Below are positions 37,410 to 50,690 of a stretch of DNA of 64,000 bases, piece after piece. The notes under the pieces were generated by a model, which saw nothing but the letters and a program-made list of their open reading frames with translations, ran no database searches and was not told the DNA's origin. This stretch comes from Heterodontus francisci (taxonomy: Eukaryota). A program made the position numbers and the translations under genes. Every line of letters starts with the position of its first letter. The first letter of the stretch is position 1. The stretch is taken from the NCBI RefSeq assembly GCF_036365525.1, contig NC_090404.1, positions 44,463,544 through 44,527,543 on the forward strand, in the 5' to 3' direction.

Positions 37410-39700
37410 TTTAAATTTAATGTAAGTATTTAATGAATTTACATTTGTCAATGTGTGTTTGACAGCAATTTATTGCCAATTATCTCATTGTCTAAAGTTA
37501 AATAATTTGTGTTTCCACCAGCAGATATACCACCCCCGAGTCACTGCATTGTGTTTTTCTGGGAACGCTTCGATGCTAGCGGGACCCTGGAAGCTATTCT
37601 AACAGAAGTACAAATAAGGAAAAAAATCATTTATGCTCATTCAGGAAAATGGCTCAGCATTTAGATGGATTCAACATCAAAAGGCATGCCAGAATATGAG
37701 GGCAGCCTGATATCAAAGTTTGCTGATAGCATTATTAGATGGATTCAATACCAAAAGGTATGCCTGGAGTGTTAAAAAAGGCATAGAGACAGCAATGAGA
37801 ATTGAATTTAGTCATGCCATTTTTTTAGTTATCCATACAAAAAAAATTAAAACAATGGATGGATTGTGGCAACGCAAGCTGCAAACATCGAAATAGTTGT
37901 TATGCCTCACTTTTTAACAAGGAGGTAACAGATCTGATCGAGAAATGGTAACGAGAGGGTCTTTCAAAGGTTAGTTGTGACACTGTTCACATTAACATTA
38001 GCATTGTTGACAACAGCTGTGAAAGCTGAAGATGAATCAATCTCAGGGGGTGGATGAGATGCATCCCAGGAACCACGTGGAAATAGAATCATAGAATGAT
38101 AGAAAATTTAAGGCACTGAAAGAGGTCATTGGCCCATCGTGTCTGTGCCGGCTGATAATCTATCCACCCAATCTCATCCCATTTCCAAATATTTGGTCCG
38201 TAGCTCTGCAAATTAACAGGGAGAAAATATAAGGGCATTGGGCATAAATCTAGAGAAATTATTGACTACTGGAGACGTGTATGGGGGGAGTAGGGGGTGG
38301 GGAGGCGGTGGAGAGCAGATGTTATGTCTATTTATCTAGGGATAGGAAAGTGTTCGAGGAAACTGCTGATCAGTGAGTTAGATGGCCATTGTGGGTATAA
38401 TTGTGGAAATCCTTATTAAAGAGAATTTGGCGTCGCAACAGGTCAAAAACTAATCTTAAAATATAATCAATAAGCATTCATGAATGGGAGAACTTTGTCA
38501 ACATAGTTGACTAGTTTTCTCTGAGCGTATGACAGAGGAGCTTGATAGGGTTAATGCGTTGGATGTAGTACAGTTGGATTTGTGTAAACCTTTTATAAAC
38601 TTCCTCTGGAAACAATTGGAATGAAAAGAAATAAAGCAGGAATCAGTCAAAATATTTTGAGAGGGATTTGTAATTATTTGAGCAATAGATCCCAAAAGCT
38701 GCTGTTATAGGGATTGTCATCCCCCTGGGAAAATGTTGTCAGTGTGTCCCACAGAGAGCTGTTTTGGACCTCTTAATTTTAATAGCTTTTTAAATTATCT
38801 GTAACGAGGAATCACAAGACAACGACTACATTTGCAGATGAAACAGAGCTGATGCAGTTGTTAGACTACAAAGCCGAAGAGAATTAGCTATTTGGAAATT
38901 GGTCAGACAGGCGACAGATAACATTCAATGTTGAGAAATACAAACTACAGCACATGGAGAGAAGACATTCAAAAATTGTCTATCACTTAAATGAAAATAA
39001 ATTAATTTGTACAGAAAATAAAATACATCTGTGTTTTTTGATTCACAGTAAATTGAAGCTATCATGACAATGAACAAAGCAAATCAGACGTTGGGTTATA
39101 AAGAAAGGAACATATTGAGCTTAGATCGTGAGATAATCCTACTTCTTTATAAATTATTGGTGCAACCTCACTTAGATTGCTGTGTACATTCTGGACACTA
39201 CAGGATGTTCCAACCATTGAACAGACACCGAAGAGAGTGAGCAAAATAATAAAGGGGATGGATTAGATTAGGGCGTGAGGAACGTTGATGCAAATTGAGC
39301 ATGTTCTCATTGGAAAGTGATAGGTTAATGGTGTGGTATGCTTTTTGTGTTCAAGATTCTAAAGTGACGAGGTGATGTAGAGCTCGACACGTTTTCCGGA
39401 ACAGAACTACCAGAGGTCACGGGCTGGAATGAAGAGGGTAGCATCAAAGCCAATCTGCTGAAACACTATTTCACTAAGTGGTCGATCTAAGGAGCATACT
39501 CCCTTCAGATAAGGTGGAAGCAGCTGATATTGATTTTTACAATGCCAACTTGTATGATTTCATTCATTGGATGCCGTTTTGGGATACGGAGTGTCAGACG
39601 TTTGAGGCATGACATGTGGTAAGTGTAGCATTGCTTGAGAGGAACCGGTGATTTTGTAAATATGTTTCCTAAAGCTCTCAACCACCGGAGTCTTCCTCGC
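37410..39700 (+). mobile_element. Ancient CR1 relic and adjacent flank downstream of gene B (paralog of gene A flank)
   Basis: Inverted collinear similarity to 7830-14400 without the RTE-X-like and Penelope insertions. Confidence 0.65.
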
Positions 39701-40496
39701 CTCTGTTGTAGACTAGATGATAACAATTACTCTGATTAGTCAAAATCTCTATTAACATTATATCATGGTATTACCAGGGTGGAAGAATGCAAAGTGACTA
39801 GAGTGCATAGTCGAAGTTGAGATAACATCCTATTATAATGTGATAAGTTTCCTTTCACGATTTGAGTTTTTGTTGTTTGTATCCATTTTTTTTAAATGGA
39901 GCACTTTTGTTTGAATAACTTTTATTGATGACACAGGGTGTTGTTCTAATTGGCTAATGAGAGGAATAGAATGTGAACTAGATGTTGTTTTGCCTTTTTC
40001 CTGCAGCATTTGCTGTATTCCTATGTTTATGGCAGAGGAGTGAGGCTGTGGATATGGATTGGACAACAATGCATGGGGAGTTACACATTTCCATTTCAGC
40101 CCCTATCCTACCCTTAAGACGCAAATTATTTCCAGCAAGGATATTGATGTCCCTTAGTTAAATAGTTAAACGTGATATCGAATAACAGATCAGAAGTCAT
40201 AATCTCTGTCTCCCACATGAATGTTGTGATACGTCTGGACACTTGGGGCTGTTGGGAGTGTACTAAGCTGGAGTCAGCACGCAGAAGAGAACTGGAAACT
40301 AAACGATGCCACGTTAAAACACTGAATTGTGCGGTGATGCGACTTGTCTATGCATTCTTAAACTCACACAATGGATACAGACCGCAAATCGAGTGACTAC
40401 TTTTCTGGGAGGGGGGGGAGGGGGCATGTGTGGCATGAACAATGACAGCAATGAATGGAATGTGGCATACAATTCATGGTGGATTATACTTTTTCA

Positions 40497-41404
40497 TTAT
40501 TCCAACAATCTAACAATTAGTCTCAGTGGATATTTGACTCCATTCTTTAACTCCTCTCTGAATTCTGCCTGGGTTCCTCCATAAATAAACGGATTAACGC
40601 AGGAGCTCAAAAGCTGAAGCATCAATCCGCTTTGGTCCAGAATAATATTTGATTCATTGAAATTAGAGCCAGAAAAATAACTAAATTTCGCAATTCGGAC
40701 ATAAAGGAAATTTGTAAGAAGTGGCAAATACAGCAGGATAAAACTGCCCGAGATGCAAAAGAGTAAAACGATGGACTTTCTCCGCTTCCCCATCTCTGGA
40801 TCACTCTGAGTCTCTCCATTGTTGTTGGCCGTGAGTCTCCTGCGAGCTCTACTGGCCGCTAGAATGTGCCTGACAGTCAGAACATTGAGCAGTAAAATCA
40901 GAATGAATGGGAGACAAGGGGTGAAAATGTGCACCATCCAGACATATGCGATCAATGCGGGTGATGTATAAAATATTAATTTTATGTTGCAGAACCAGGG
41001 TACATTGTCAATTATATATAAATGTTCATGCATATAATACCAGAAGGAATTTATTAAACAGCTCAATCTGCAGACCGTTCCTATAACCCACGCTGCCGTT
41101 TTCTCAGTGCAGTATTTTATTTTCAGCTTCTGGTAGCAAATGGCTATACAGCGATCAAAGGTGAAAGCGACAGTTACACAAACAGAACAGTCTACCATCG
41201 CAAAGTTTAGGACAATACGGAAAATGCATACAGTTGTGATGAACAGGAAACTGAATGGGTAATAAATACCAGCAATCCGATCTAATATCACAACGGTGAT
41301 AATGACCAGGAGATCTGTCACAGCCATGGACACCAGGTAGTAAGTGATACATCTGGAGAGACCGCATCTTCCTCGGGCCAGGATCACAATCACTGCCAAG
41401 TTAG
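40497..41404 (-). CDS. GPR139-like GPCR gene B, exon 2 only (908 nt, open; orphan exon or incipient pseudogene)
   Basis: ttacag|CTAACTTG acceptor; same length and phase as gene A exon 2; TFDRC, NPFIY; no exon 1 found between 41405 and 53400. Confidence 0.75.
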
Positions 41405-41984
41405 CTGTAACAGAGACAGAGAGACTGAGAGAAGGTGGGAAAGTGTATGTGTGTGAGTGAGCGAAATAGGACAATTACTGGTCTGATGTCCAACAAAATC
41501 AGCCCTTTTACAGAATTCACAGCTGTAACACATGATACTGAGTAGAAAACTATCGCTGAACCATCAGAAACTTGTTTCTATGTTTGAAATAATTTGGATT
41601 AAAAATAAGACAGAACGATAATATTGGAATGAAAAATCATATAATCACAAATAATGTAGAACAAGAAGGCATCAGAAATCCATTGTAACCAACATGGGGA
41701 TATCAAGCAGACAAGAACGATAACACCAGTAACAGATTGTAGAAGATATTTAAAAGGGTAAAAAATACAATAAGAAACGACAAAAGTAGAAAAGAATAGC
41801 AAAGTAGGAAAACCTTTCATTTAAAACGGATTATATCCTGCTGAGAATCTAAAATGTTCCATTCAACAAATTATTGCAAAATGATTCACTGTTGAAAAAA
41901 ACGACTGTCACCCTATTCAAAAAGATCCACAAACAGAGCGAACAAAATGGACAATTAGTGTTTTCTCAGTTTGCAGACGGGATT

Positions 41985-42885
41985 TTATTTATTCATTCCT
42001 GAAATGTGGGCGCCGCTGGCTAGTTTAGTGTACATTACCCATCCCTAATTGCCCTTCAGAATGTGGTGGTGAGCTGCCTTCTTGAACCACTGCAGTGCAT
42101 GTGGGGCAGGTACACCTGGATTGTTGAAGGGAGTTCCAGGATTTTGACCCAGCAACAGTGAATGAACAGTTATATAGTTACAAGTCAGGATATATTGTGG
42201 CTTGGTGGGGAACTTGCAGGTGGTGGTGTTCCAATTTATCTGGTAGAGGTTGTGAGTTTGGATGGTGCTGACTAGCGATCCTTGTGCACTGCTGCAGTGC
42301 ATCTTGCATACGGTACACACTGCTGCCAGCGTGCGTCGGTGATGGACGGAGTGTATTTTTGTGGATGGGATGCCAATCAAGCAGGCTGCTTTGTCGTGGA
42401 TGGTGTCGAGCTTCTTGAGTGTTGTTGGAGCTGCATCAATCCAGGCAAGTGGAGAGTATTCCATCACACTCCTGACTGTGCCTTGCAGATGGTGGACAGG
42501 CTTTGGGGAGACAGGAGGTGAGTTACTCACTGCAGGATTCCTAGCCTCTGACCTGCTCTTGTAGCCACGGTATTTATCTGGCTACTCCAGTTCCGTTTCT
42601 GGTCAATGGCAATCCCCAAGATGTTGATAGTGGGGGATTCAGCGATCTTAATGCCACTGAATGTCAAGAGAGATGATTCGATTCTCTTTTGTTGGAGATA
42701 GACATTGCCAGGCACTTGTGTGGCATGAATGTTACTTGCCACTTATCAGCCCAAGCCTGGATATTGTCCAGGTCTTGCTCCATTCCTACACGGATTGCTT
42801 TAGCAACTGAGGAGTCACGAATGGTGCTGAACATTGTGCAATCATCAGCGAAGATCCCACCACTGACCTTATGATTGAAGAAAGA
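41985..42885 (-). mobile_element. RTE-X-like LINE 3' fragment
   Basis: FADD and MEYSPLAW; same family as 8247-11203. Confidence 0.85.
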
Positions 42886-42977
42886 TCCACAGTTTCCACA
42901 GCTGTTCGACAACCATGCTGGTGGAAATATGAATAGTGTCACAACTGACTCTGAAAACCCTCTAGTTCCCATTTCCA

Positions 42978-43310
42978 GGGCGGCACGGTGGCGCAGTGGT
43001 TAGCACCGCAGCCTCACAGCTCCAGCGACCCGGGTTCAATTCTGGGTACTGCCTGTGCGGAGTTTGCAAGTTCTCCCTGTGTCTGCGTGGGTTTTCTCCG
43101 GGTGCTCCGGTTTTCTCCCACATGCCAAAGCCTTGCAGGTTGGTAGGTAAATTGGCCATGAGCAATTGCCCCTAGTATAGGTAGGGAAATATAGGGACAG
43201 GTGGGGATGTGGTAGGAATGTGGGATGAGTGTAGGATTAGTATAAATGGGTGGTTGATGGTTGGCACAGACTCGGTGGGCCAAAGGGCCTGTTTCAATAC
43301 TGTATCTCTA
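42978..43310 (+). mobile_element. Full-length HE1/V-SINE-type tRNA-derived SINE
   Basis: A box TGGCGCAGTGG, B-box-like GGTTCAATTCT, central 'ttctccctgtgtctgcgtgggttt', CR1-like tail. Confidence 0.9.
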
Positions 43311-43319
43311 TCCATATTG

Positions 43320-45520
43320 ATTAGATCTGCTACCCTTTTGAGCCAAGATCCTTCTTGACGACTGTCCATATGTGATCCTTTAATATACAGGCGACCCTAA
43401 CTAATTTTGCATTTTGTCCGACTTAGCGAAGTATCATGTTGCCTGGTATAGTTAGTTCCCAACCTTGGTCACCGTGGAGCAATGTATCAATAATGCTATT
43501 CGATCAAACCATTTATCTCCATTTGTGCCACTAAATTTTCTATCTTGCTTCGTATCCTCTGAGCATTCAGCTAAAGTGCTTTTAATTTTAATGTTCGGCC
43601 ATTTTCCCCTGATTTTACCTCATTCACTGATACACAATTAGTGTTAAACTCTCCGCCCCTTCCTCTCACATTCTCCTTAACCTTACCCAAATTGCTACTC
43701 TTATCTGTGCCCTTGACTATTCTCTTTACATGCATTAGTTCCCCATCACTTTCTGCTTCCCCAGCTTTTTACGTTAAAGCCCCATCTACAGCGCCACTTG
43801 TTAAATTCACCTGGAGACTGGTCCCAGACCAGTTTAAGTGAACCTTATCCAAAGAGAAATAGTCTCTTTCCCCTATACTCGAGCCAATGATCCACGAAAT
43901 GAAATGCTTGACTCCCACGCTACTGTTTGAGCCACACGTTCAACTCACAGCATTGATCACCTTTTCCTCTATCACTCCTCATTTCTGTCCTTTTCTTCAA
44001 CACCTGGAGCAGGGTAAAGCTGCAGTGATTACCTATTCACTAGAAATAGGAGCAGAAGTAGACCACATGGCTCATCGAGCTTGCTCCTCCATTCAATATG
44101 ATCATGGCTGATCTTGGGCGTCAATTCCACTTTCCTGCCCACGCCCCATATCCCTTGGTTCCCTGTGAAACACAAAATCTATCCCAGCCTTAAATATATT
44201 CAATGATGGAGCAAGCACAACCCTCTGGGGTAGAGAATTACATAGATTCACCACCCTTTCAGGGAAGTAATTTCTCCTCATCCCAGTTCTGAATGATTGA
44301 CCCCTTACCATGAGATGAGTCCCCATGTTCTAGATTCCGTGGCGAATGGGAACAATCTCTCAGCTTCTGCACTACCAAGCCCTTTTGAAATCTTGCATGT
44401 ATCAATTCGATCGCCCTCATTCTTCTAACCTCCAGAGAATATAGTCCCAATTTACTCAACCTCCCATTATAGAACAACCCCCTCATCCCAGTGAATCTGG
44501 TAAACCTTTGATGCACTGCCTCCAGTGCAATTATACGCTTTATTAAAAGTGGAGACAAAAACTGCACACAGTATTCCAGGTGTGGCCTCACCAAAGCCTT
44601 ATACAATTTTAGTAAGACTGCTTTATTCCTGTACTTCAATCCCCTTGCAATAAAAGCTGACATGTCATTTGCCTTCCTAATAGTCTGCTGCACCTGCATG
44701 TTAACTTTGTGCGTTTCTTGTACGAGTACCCCAAAGTCTCTCTGAACATTAACACTTAGCAGTTTCACACCTTTTAAAAAATATTCTGCTTTTCTATTTT
44801 TATGACCAAAGTGAACAACTTCACACTTCCTTACATTATACCCCATTTGCCATCTTGTTGCCCACTCACCTAACCTGTCTTTATCGTTTTGCAGCCTCTC
44901 TGAACATCAAAACTCACCCGTTTCGCACCTTTTAAAAAAATATTTTGCTTTTCTATTTTTATGACCAAAGTGACAACTTCACACTTCCCTCCATTATACT
45001 CCATTTGCCATCTTGTTGCCCACTCACTTAACTTGTCTATATGTCTTTGCAGCCTCTATACATCCTTCCCGCAGCTAAATTTTCCACGAGCGTTGTATCA
45101 TCAGAAGACTTAGATACATTACTCTCTGTCTCTTCAACAAAGTCATTAATACAGAGTTGAGGCCCAGCACTGATCCTTACAGCATGCCACTAATCACTGC
45201 CAGCCAACTTGAAAATGCCCCATTTATGCTCACTCAATGTTTCCTGTCTGTTAACCAATCCTCTCTCCACGCTAATATATTACCCCAACACCATGAGCCT
45301 TTATCTTGCCTATTAATCTTTTATGTGGCACCTCATCGAATGTCTTTTGAAAATCCAGGTATTCTACATCTACTCATTCCCCTTTGTCTACGCTACTAGT
45401 TACATCGACAAAAAAACGTTAATAAATTTGTCAAACAGGATCTCCCTTCAGTAAAACCGTGGTGACTTGTTCTCATCATACTATGCTTTTCTAAGTGCAA
45501 AGTTAAGAATTCCTTAATAA
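43320..45520 (-). mobile_element. CR1 fragments; 44040-45520 RT/3' end with a ~140-bp internal duplication
   Basis: ORF 44259..44846 (LYKALVRPHLEYC); 44760-44900 repeated at 44920-45060. Confidence 0.8.
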
Positions 45521-45654
45521 TAATTCAATATGGAGAAAAGCCAAGTGGATCTCGAAACCCGAATCCCGAAATTCTGAAAGAAACGATGACTTAAATGAAA
45601 AGAAATTAATGTGCATGGAAAGTGAAAGAGATCTGGTGTTTCTGTTCAATAATG

Positions 45655-46316
45655 AGAACAAAAGAACAAAGAACAAAGAAAATTACAGCACAGGAACAGG
45701 CCCTTCGGCCCTCCAAGCCTGCGCTGATCCAGATCCTCTATCGAAACCTGTCGCCTATTTTCTAAGGGTCTGTATCTCTTTGCTTCCTGCCCATTCATGT
45801 ATCTGTCTAGATGCATCTTCAAAGACACTACCGTGCCCGCGTCTACCACCTCCGCTGGCAACGCGTTCCAGTCCCCCACCACCCTTTGCATAAAGAACTT
45901 TCCACGCATATCCCCCCTAAACATTTCCCCTCTCACTTTGAACTCGTGACCCCGAGTAATTGAAGCCCCCACTCTGGGAAAAAGCTTCTTGCTATCCATC
46001 CTGTCTATACCTCTCATGATTTTATACACCTCAATCAGGACCCCCCTCAACCTCCGTCTTTCTAATGAAAATAATCCTAATCTACTCAACCTCTCTTCAT
46101 AGCTAGCGCCCTCCATACCAGGCAACATCCTGGTGAACCTCCTCTGCACCCTCTCCAAAGCATCTACATCCTTTTGGTAATGTGGCGACCAGAACTGCAC
46201 GCAGTATTCCAAATGTGGCCGAACCAAAGTCTTATACAACTGTAACATGACCTGCCAACTCTTGTACTCAATACCCCGTCCGATGAAGGAAAGCATGCCG
46301 TATGCCTTCTTGACCA
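45655..46316 (-). mobile_element. Young 5'-truncated CR1/HER1
   Basis: Open ORF (LYKTLVRPHLEYCVQFWSP); (TGTTCTT)n tail; splits the gene C flank relic (45530-45655 and 46318-46915). Confidence 0.92.
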
Positions 46317-46924
46317 TCAATTGAAGCTATCACAATAATGAGCAAAGCAAATGAGATGTTGCATTGTTTTCAAATGTCAGGATTGAGCCGAAATAGTGAG
46401 GTAATCCTGCCACTTTATAAATCACTGGTGAGACAGCACTTCTATGACTATCTACAGTTCTGGACACCACAGAATATGACAGCCATCCAACGAACACAAA
46501 AAAGAGTAAACAGATGGGTTGGATTGTGAAGAGCGATAACATAAATCGAGCATGTGGTCACTGGAAAAGAAAAAGTTGAGAGGTAATATGTTTGCTTCTT
46601 TTCGGATTCTGAAGGGACTGGATAATGATCGACTAGTTATTTCCACTTCTTCAAAACAATAGAAGCAGACGAGATGGGCAGCGCTTGAAGGGGATAACTT
46701 CAAAACGATTCTGCTGAAGCAATGTTTCACTGAGTGGTCTATCTATGGAACAGACTCACGAGCATCACAGTAAAGCAGTTATGATTGATTCTTACAATGC
46801 TAATTACACGAACTCCATTCATAGAACAGCATTTTGGAATATAAGATGTGATTAATATGAGACTTGGAATGTAGTAAGTGTAGACTTCTTGGTCAGAACA
46901 GATGATCTTGGAACCATTGTCACT

Positions 46925-49900
46925 TATTTTGTGTGTGGGAGTTGCTATTCACAACCTGCACACGCTGTTTCTGATCAAGTTGGAGAGCACACAAATTTGT
47001 GCACCCATCTATCGATTGGGATAACGTTTGAGTAAACAGTTAGAAAGGGAAGGAATTTCCTAAATATGTTCAGGAGACATTCCAGTATGTTCTCGGTCTA
47101 ACTAGGAAGGAGGTATTTTTGGATCTGGTGCTGGGGAATGAGGTGGGCCAAGTGGGCCAAGTGTCTGTGGGAGAACACTACGGGAAGAGTGATCATTGCA
47201 TCAGAAGGTATTTAACAATAACGGGGAAGAGCAAGCAGCAATCTAAAGTAAAACTTCGAAATTAGTGGAGGGCCAACTTCGATGGAATGGGAAGGGATCT
47301 AGCCAGGGTAAAAAAGAACGAAAGACTTACAGGAAACACGGGAACAGAACAACAGATTCAAAAGGAGGAGATGTTTGAGGTACAGGCTATGCACATTAGA
47401 ACAGCCAGAAGGTTAGGAGACTCAAAGCCATCCTTGGATGACGGAGGTGATGGAAATTATGGTGAAACAAAAAAATGGGTGTATGATGCCTGGTAGGTGA
47501 ATTCCTCAAGCAAGAACCACGCCAAATAAATAGGTTAAGAGGGAAAGTGAAGGTGAAAATAAGACTGACCAAGAGAGAATAGTGGTATAGAATGGCAGTT
47601 GTATAAAAGCAAAACCAAAAATCTTCAACCGGCATGTAAATAGCAAGCAGGTAGTAAGAAGTGGGATGGCTCCTATTATGGCAAATACAGTGATATATGC
47701 TCAGAGAAGTAGGCAATGCTCGAATGTTTATTGCGTAGTTTGTATCGGTGCTCCCTGAGGAAGAGGATGCTGACAAATTATGGATAGTAGCAGAGGTAGT
47801 AGTGGTAATGCATGCGGTGAAAATTGAAAGGCAAAATGCACTGGAAAGGCTGGCTATCCTTAGAGTGTATAGTTCGCCTGGTTTGGATGACTTCCATCCC
47901 AGGATGCAAGTTGTTAAGTGAAGTGGGGATGCAGATAACAGATAAACTTGCCATGATCTTCCAATCTTTGCTAGATACTCTGGAAGTGACAGAGGATTGG
48001 CAGTGGCGAATGTCACACCCTTGTTGAAGAAAGGGTGTACGGACATTACGACAGGCCAGACTGTTTAACAGCTGTAGTGGGTGAAGTTTGAGAGATAATA
48101 AGCAGGAAAAAGGTCACAGTCACTTGGAGAGGTTTGTGTTTTGAGGAGAGCCACCATGGATTTGTAAAATGCAGACTGTGATTGACGAATCGAATTGAAT
48201 GTTTTGATGAAGTAACAGGGAAAGTTGATAACGGTAATCTAGTGGATGTTGTATATATGGAGTTAAAAAACAAGCGTTTGACAAAGTAGCAGGTAAGATG
48301 CTGGTGAACGAAATTGTAGCTCATGAAATAGGAGGGTGCCTGTCAGCTTGAACAAAAGAGATGGCTTAAGGGGAAAATAAAAGCAAATTGTAGTAAGTGG
48401 TTGCCTTTTGTCAGGCTATATATCAATTGGATATTGAAATATAGAGTGAAATTTCAAAATTTGCTGATGATATCAAACTTAGAGGTGTGGCAAAAAGTGA
48501 GTATAACGCCAGTAGACTACAGCATGGGCAGACACGTGGAAGATGAAATGAGTAAATTTGCGGATGACATGAAGGTCAGTGGAGTTGTGGATAGTGCCGA
48601 AGGATGTTGTAGGTTACAGAGGGACATAGATAGGCTGCAGAGCTGGGCTGAGAGATGGCAAATGGAGTTTAATGCGGAAAGGTGTGAGTTGATTCACTTT
48701 GGAAGGAGTAACAGGAATGTAGAGTACTGGGCTAATGGGAAGATTCTTGGTTGTGTAGATGAGCAGAGAGATCTTGGTGTCCACGTACATAAATCCCTGA
48801 AAGTTGCAACCCAGGTTAATAGGGCTGTTAAGAAGGCATATGGTGTGTTAGCTTTTATTAGTAGGGGGATCGAGTTTCGGAGCCACGAGGTCATGCTGCA
48901 GCTGTACAAAACTCTGGTGCGACCGCACCTGGAGTATTGCATGCAGTTCTGGTCACCGCATTATAGGAAGGATGTGGAAGCTTTGGAAAGGGTGCAGAGG
49001 AGATTTACTGGGATGTTGCCTGGTATGGAGGGAAGGTCTTGCGAGGAAAGGCTGAGGGACTTGAGGTTGTTTTCGCTAGAGAGAAGGAGGAGGAGAGGTG
49101 ACTTAATAGAGACATATAAGATAATCAGAGGGTTAGATAGGGTGGATAGTGAGAGTCTTTTTCCTCGGATGGTGATGGCAAACACGAAGGGACAGAGCTT
49201 TAAGTTGAGGGGTGATAGATATAGGACAGATGTCAGATGTAGTTTCTTTACTCAGAGATTAGTAGGGGCGTGGAATGCCCTGCCTGCAACAGTAGTAGAC
49301 TCTCCAACTTTAAGGGCATTTAAGTGGTCATTGGATAGACACATGGATGAAAATGGAATAGTGTAGGTCAGATACTTTCACAGGTCGGCGCAACATCGCG
49401 GTCCGAAGGGCCTGTTCTGCGCTGTAATGTTCTATGTTCCATGTTCTATAACACAGAGAAGCTTGAAGTGATATATTTTGGAAGATGGGACAGGGGAAGG
49501 CTGTATACTCTTCATGGCACAATTCGAAATAGTGCAGAACAGAGGGACCTGGGTGTTCATGTGTACAAATCTTTAAAGCTGGCAGGACAGATCAAGGGCA
49601 TAATTAACAAAGCATATGGGATCTTGGCCTTTATAAATAGAGTAATTAAATAGAAAAGCAGGGAACTCATGCTGAAACTTTATAAAGCTCTCGTTAAGCT
49701 ACAACTGGAGTCATGTGTCTAGTTCTGTTTACCATACTTTAGGAACGATGAGAGGGTCCTTGAGACGGTGCAGAGGGGATTTATTAGAATTTTTCCAAGA
49801 TGAAGGGATTTAGCTGCAATGTTAGTTTGCAGAAGCTGGGTTTGTTCTTGAAGCAAAGGAGATTGAGCTTTGATTTTATGCATATGTATGAGATTATGAC

Positions 49901-50255
49901 AGATTTCGATAAGGAAGACAAAGAAATTGTTTCCACTGACTGATGGTAACGGGGCGAGGCCACACAGATTTAAGGTGTTGGACATGAGATACCGGGGGTG
50001 GGCTCTGGACAGGATGTGCAGATGAACTTTTTTACGCAGTGAGTGGTAACGACCTAAAACACTCTGCCTAGGAGGTTGGTGCAAGCAGAGATAGTCATTG
50101 ATTTCAAAAGGGGATTAGATAGGCACTTGAAGAACAAATGCAGGGCTATGAGTATAGAGCAGGGGAATGAAACTGACTGGATTGTTATACTGAAAGCTGG
50201 CATGGACTCGATTGGCTGACAAGAGTTTTTCAGTGCTGCAATGACTCTATGACCT
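46925..50255 (+). mobile_element. Old long CR1, degenerate, host of a nested young CR1
   Basis: Endonuclease-to-RT motifs; WADTWKMK at ~48525-48548 resumes as NTEK at ~49450. Confidence 0.75.
48547..49450 (+). mobile_element. Young CR1 nested in the older CR1
   Basis: Open ORF from SKFADD to the stop at 49366; (TGTTCTA)n tail. Confidence 0.9.
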
Positions 50256-50439
50256 GATCTGCACGATTGCTGCATGTGGCTGAGTGAGTCCCGTCTTCCT
50301 AACTTCTTCATGCTCTTGACTGCCTTTGCACTTGTCAGGGGATTGGACAGCATTGTGTGGATGCTACGTGGCACAGGCAGCCTAATGTTGTTAAAAGCAG
50401 TCTGCCCCTTTAAAAGGAAAGTGCACCGATTAATATTGG

Positions 50440-50690
50440 TTGAATTTAAATGATGTAAATGGAAATCCCATGGCAGAGCAAGAGTTCCAGGGTGATGGAG
50501 ACACTGATGGTGGAGCTTGGCAGGAGGGGGAGATGGACAGCCATAAATGAGTCCTGGAGGTCCTGTACAACCACACTGAGAATGGAATGGGAGCATTTGG
50601 TGTGGGAGGTCAATGCCCAGCGTCAGAACCTGGAGATCTGGCAGCTGTGCCAGAGATGAGCAATGACATCATGTGGGTGGATAATGTCAT
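50440..50690 (+). mobile_element. Degenerate Myb/SANT-like ORF, probable PIF/Harbinger remnant
   Basis: ETLMVELGRR...EWEHLVWEVNA...IWQLCQR follows the Myb/SANT W-spacing pattern; no TIRs or transposase identified. Confidence 0.5.

Noticed and set aside
41405-41474. N-terminus MSYFAHSH... of the 325-aa ORF as a real start making gene B intronless
   Set aside because: The start is TTG inside the pyrimidine tract homologous to the introns of A and C, and it lacks the first half of TM1.
48401-49366. 321-aa ORF as a host gene
   Set aside because: Chance fusion of an old CR1 with a nested young CR1 RT.
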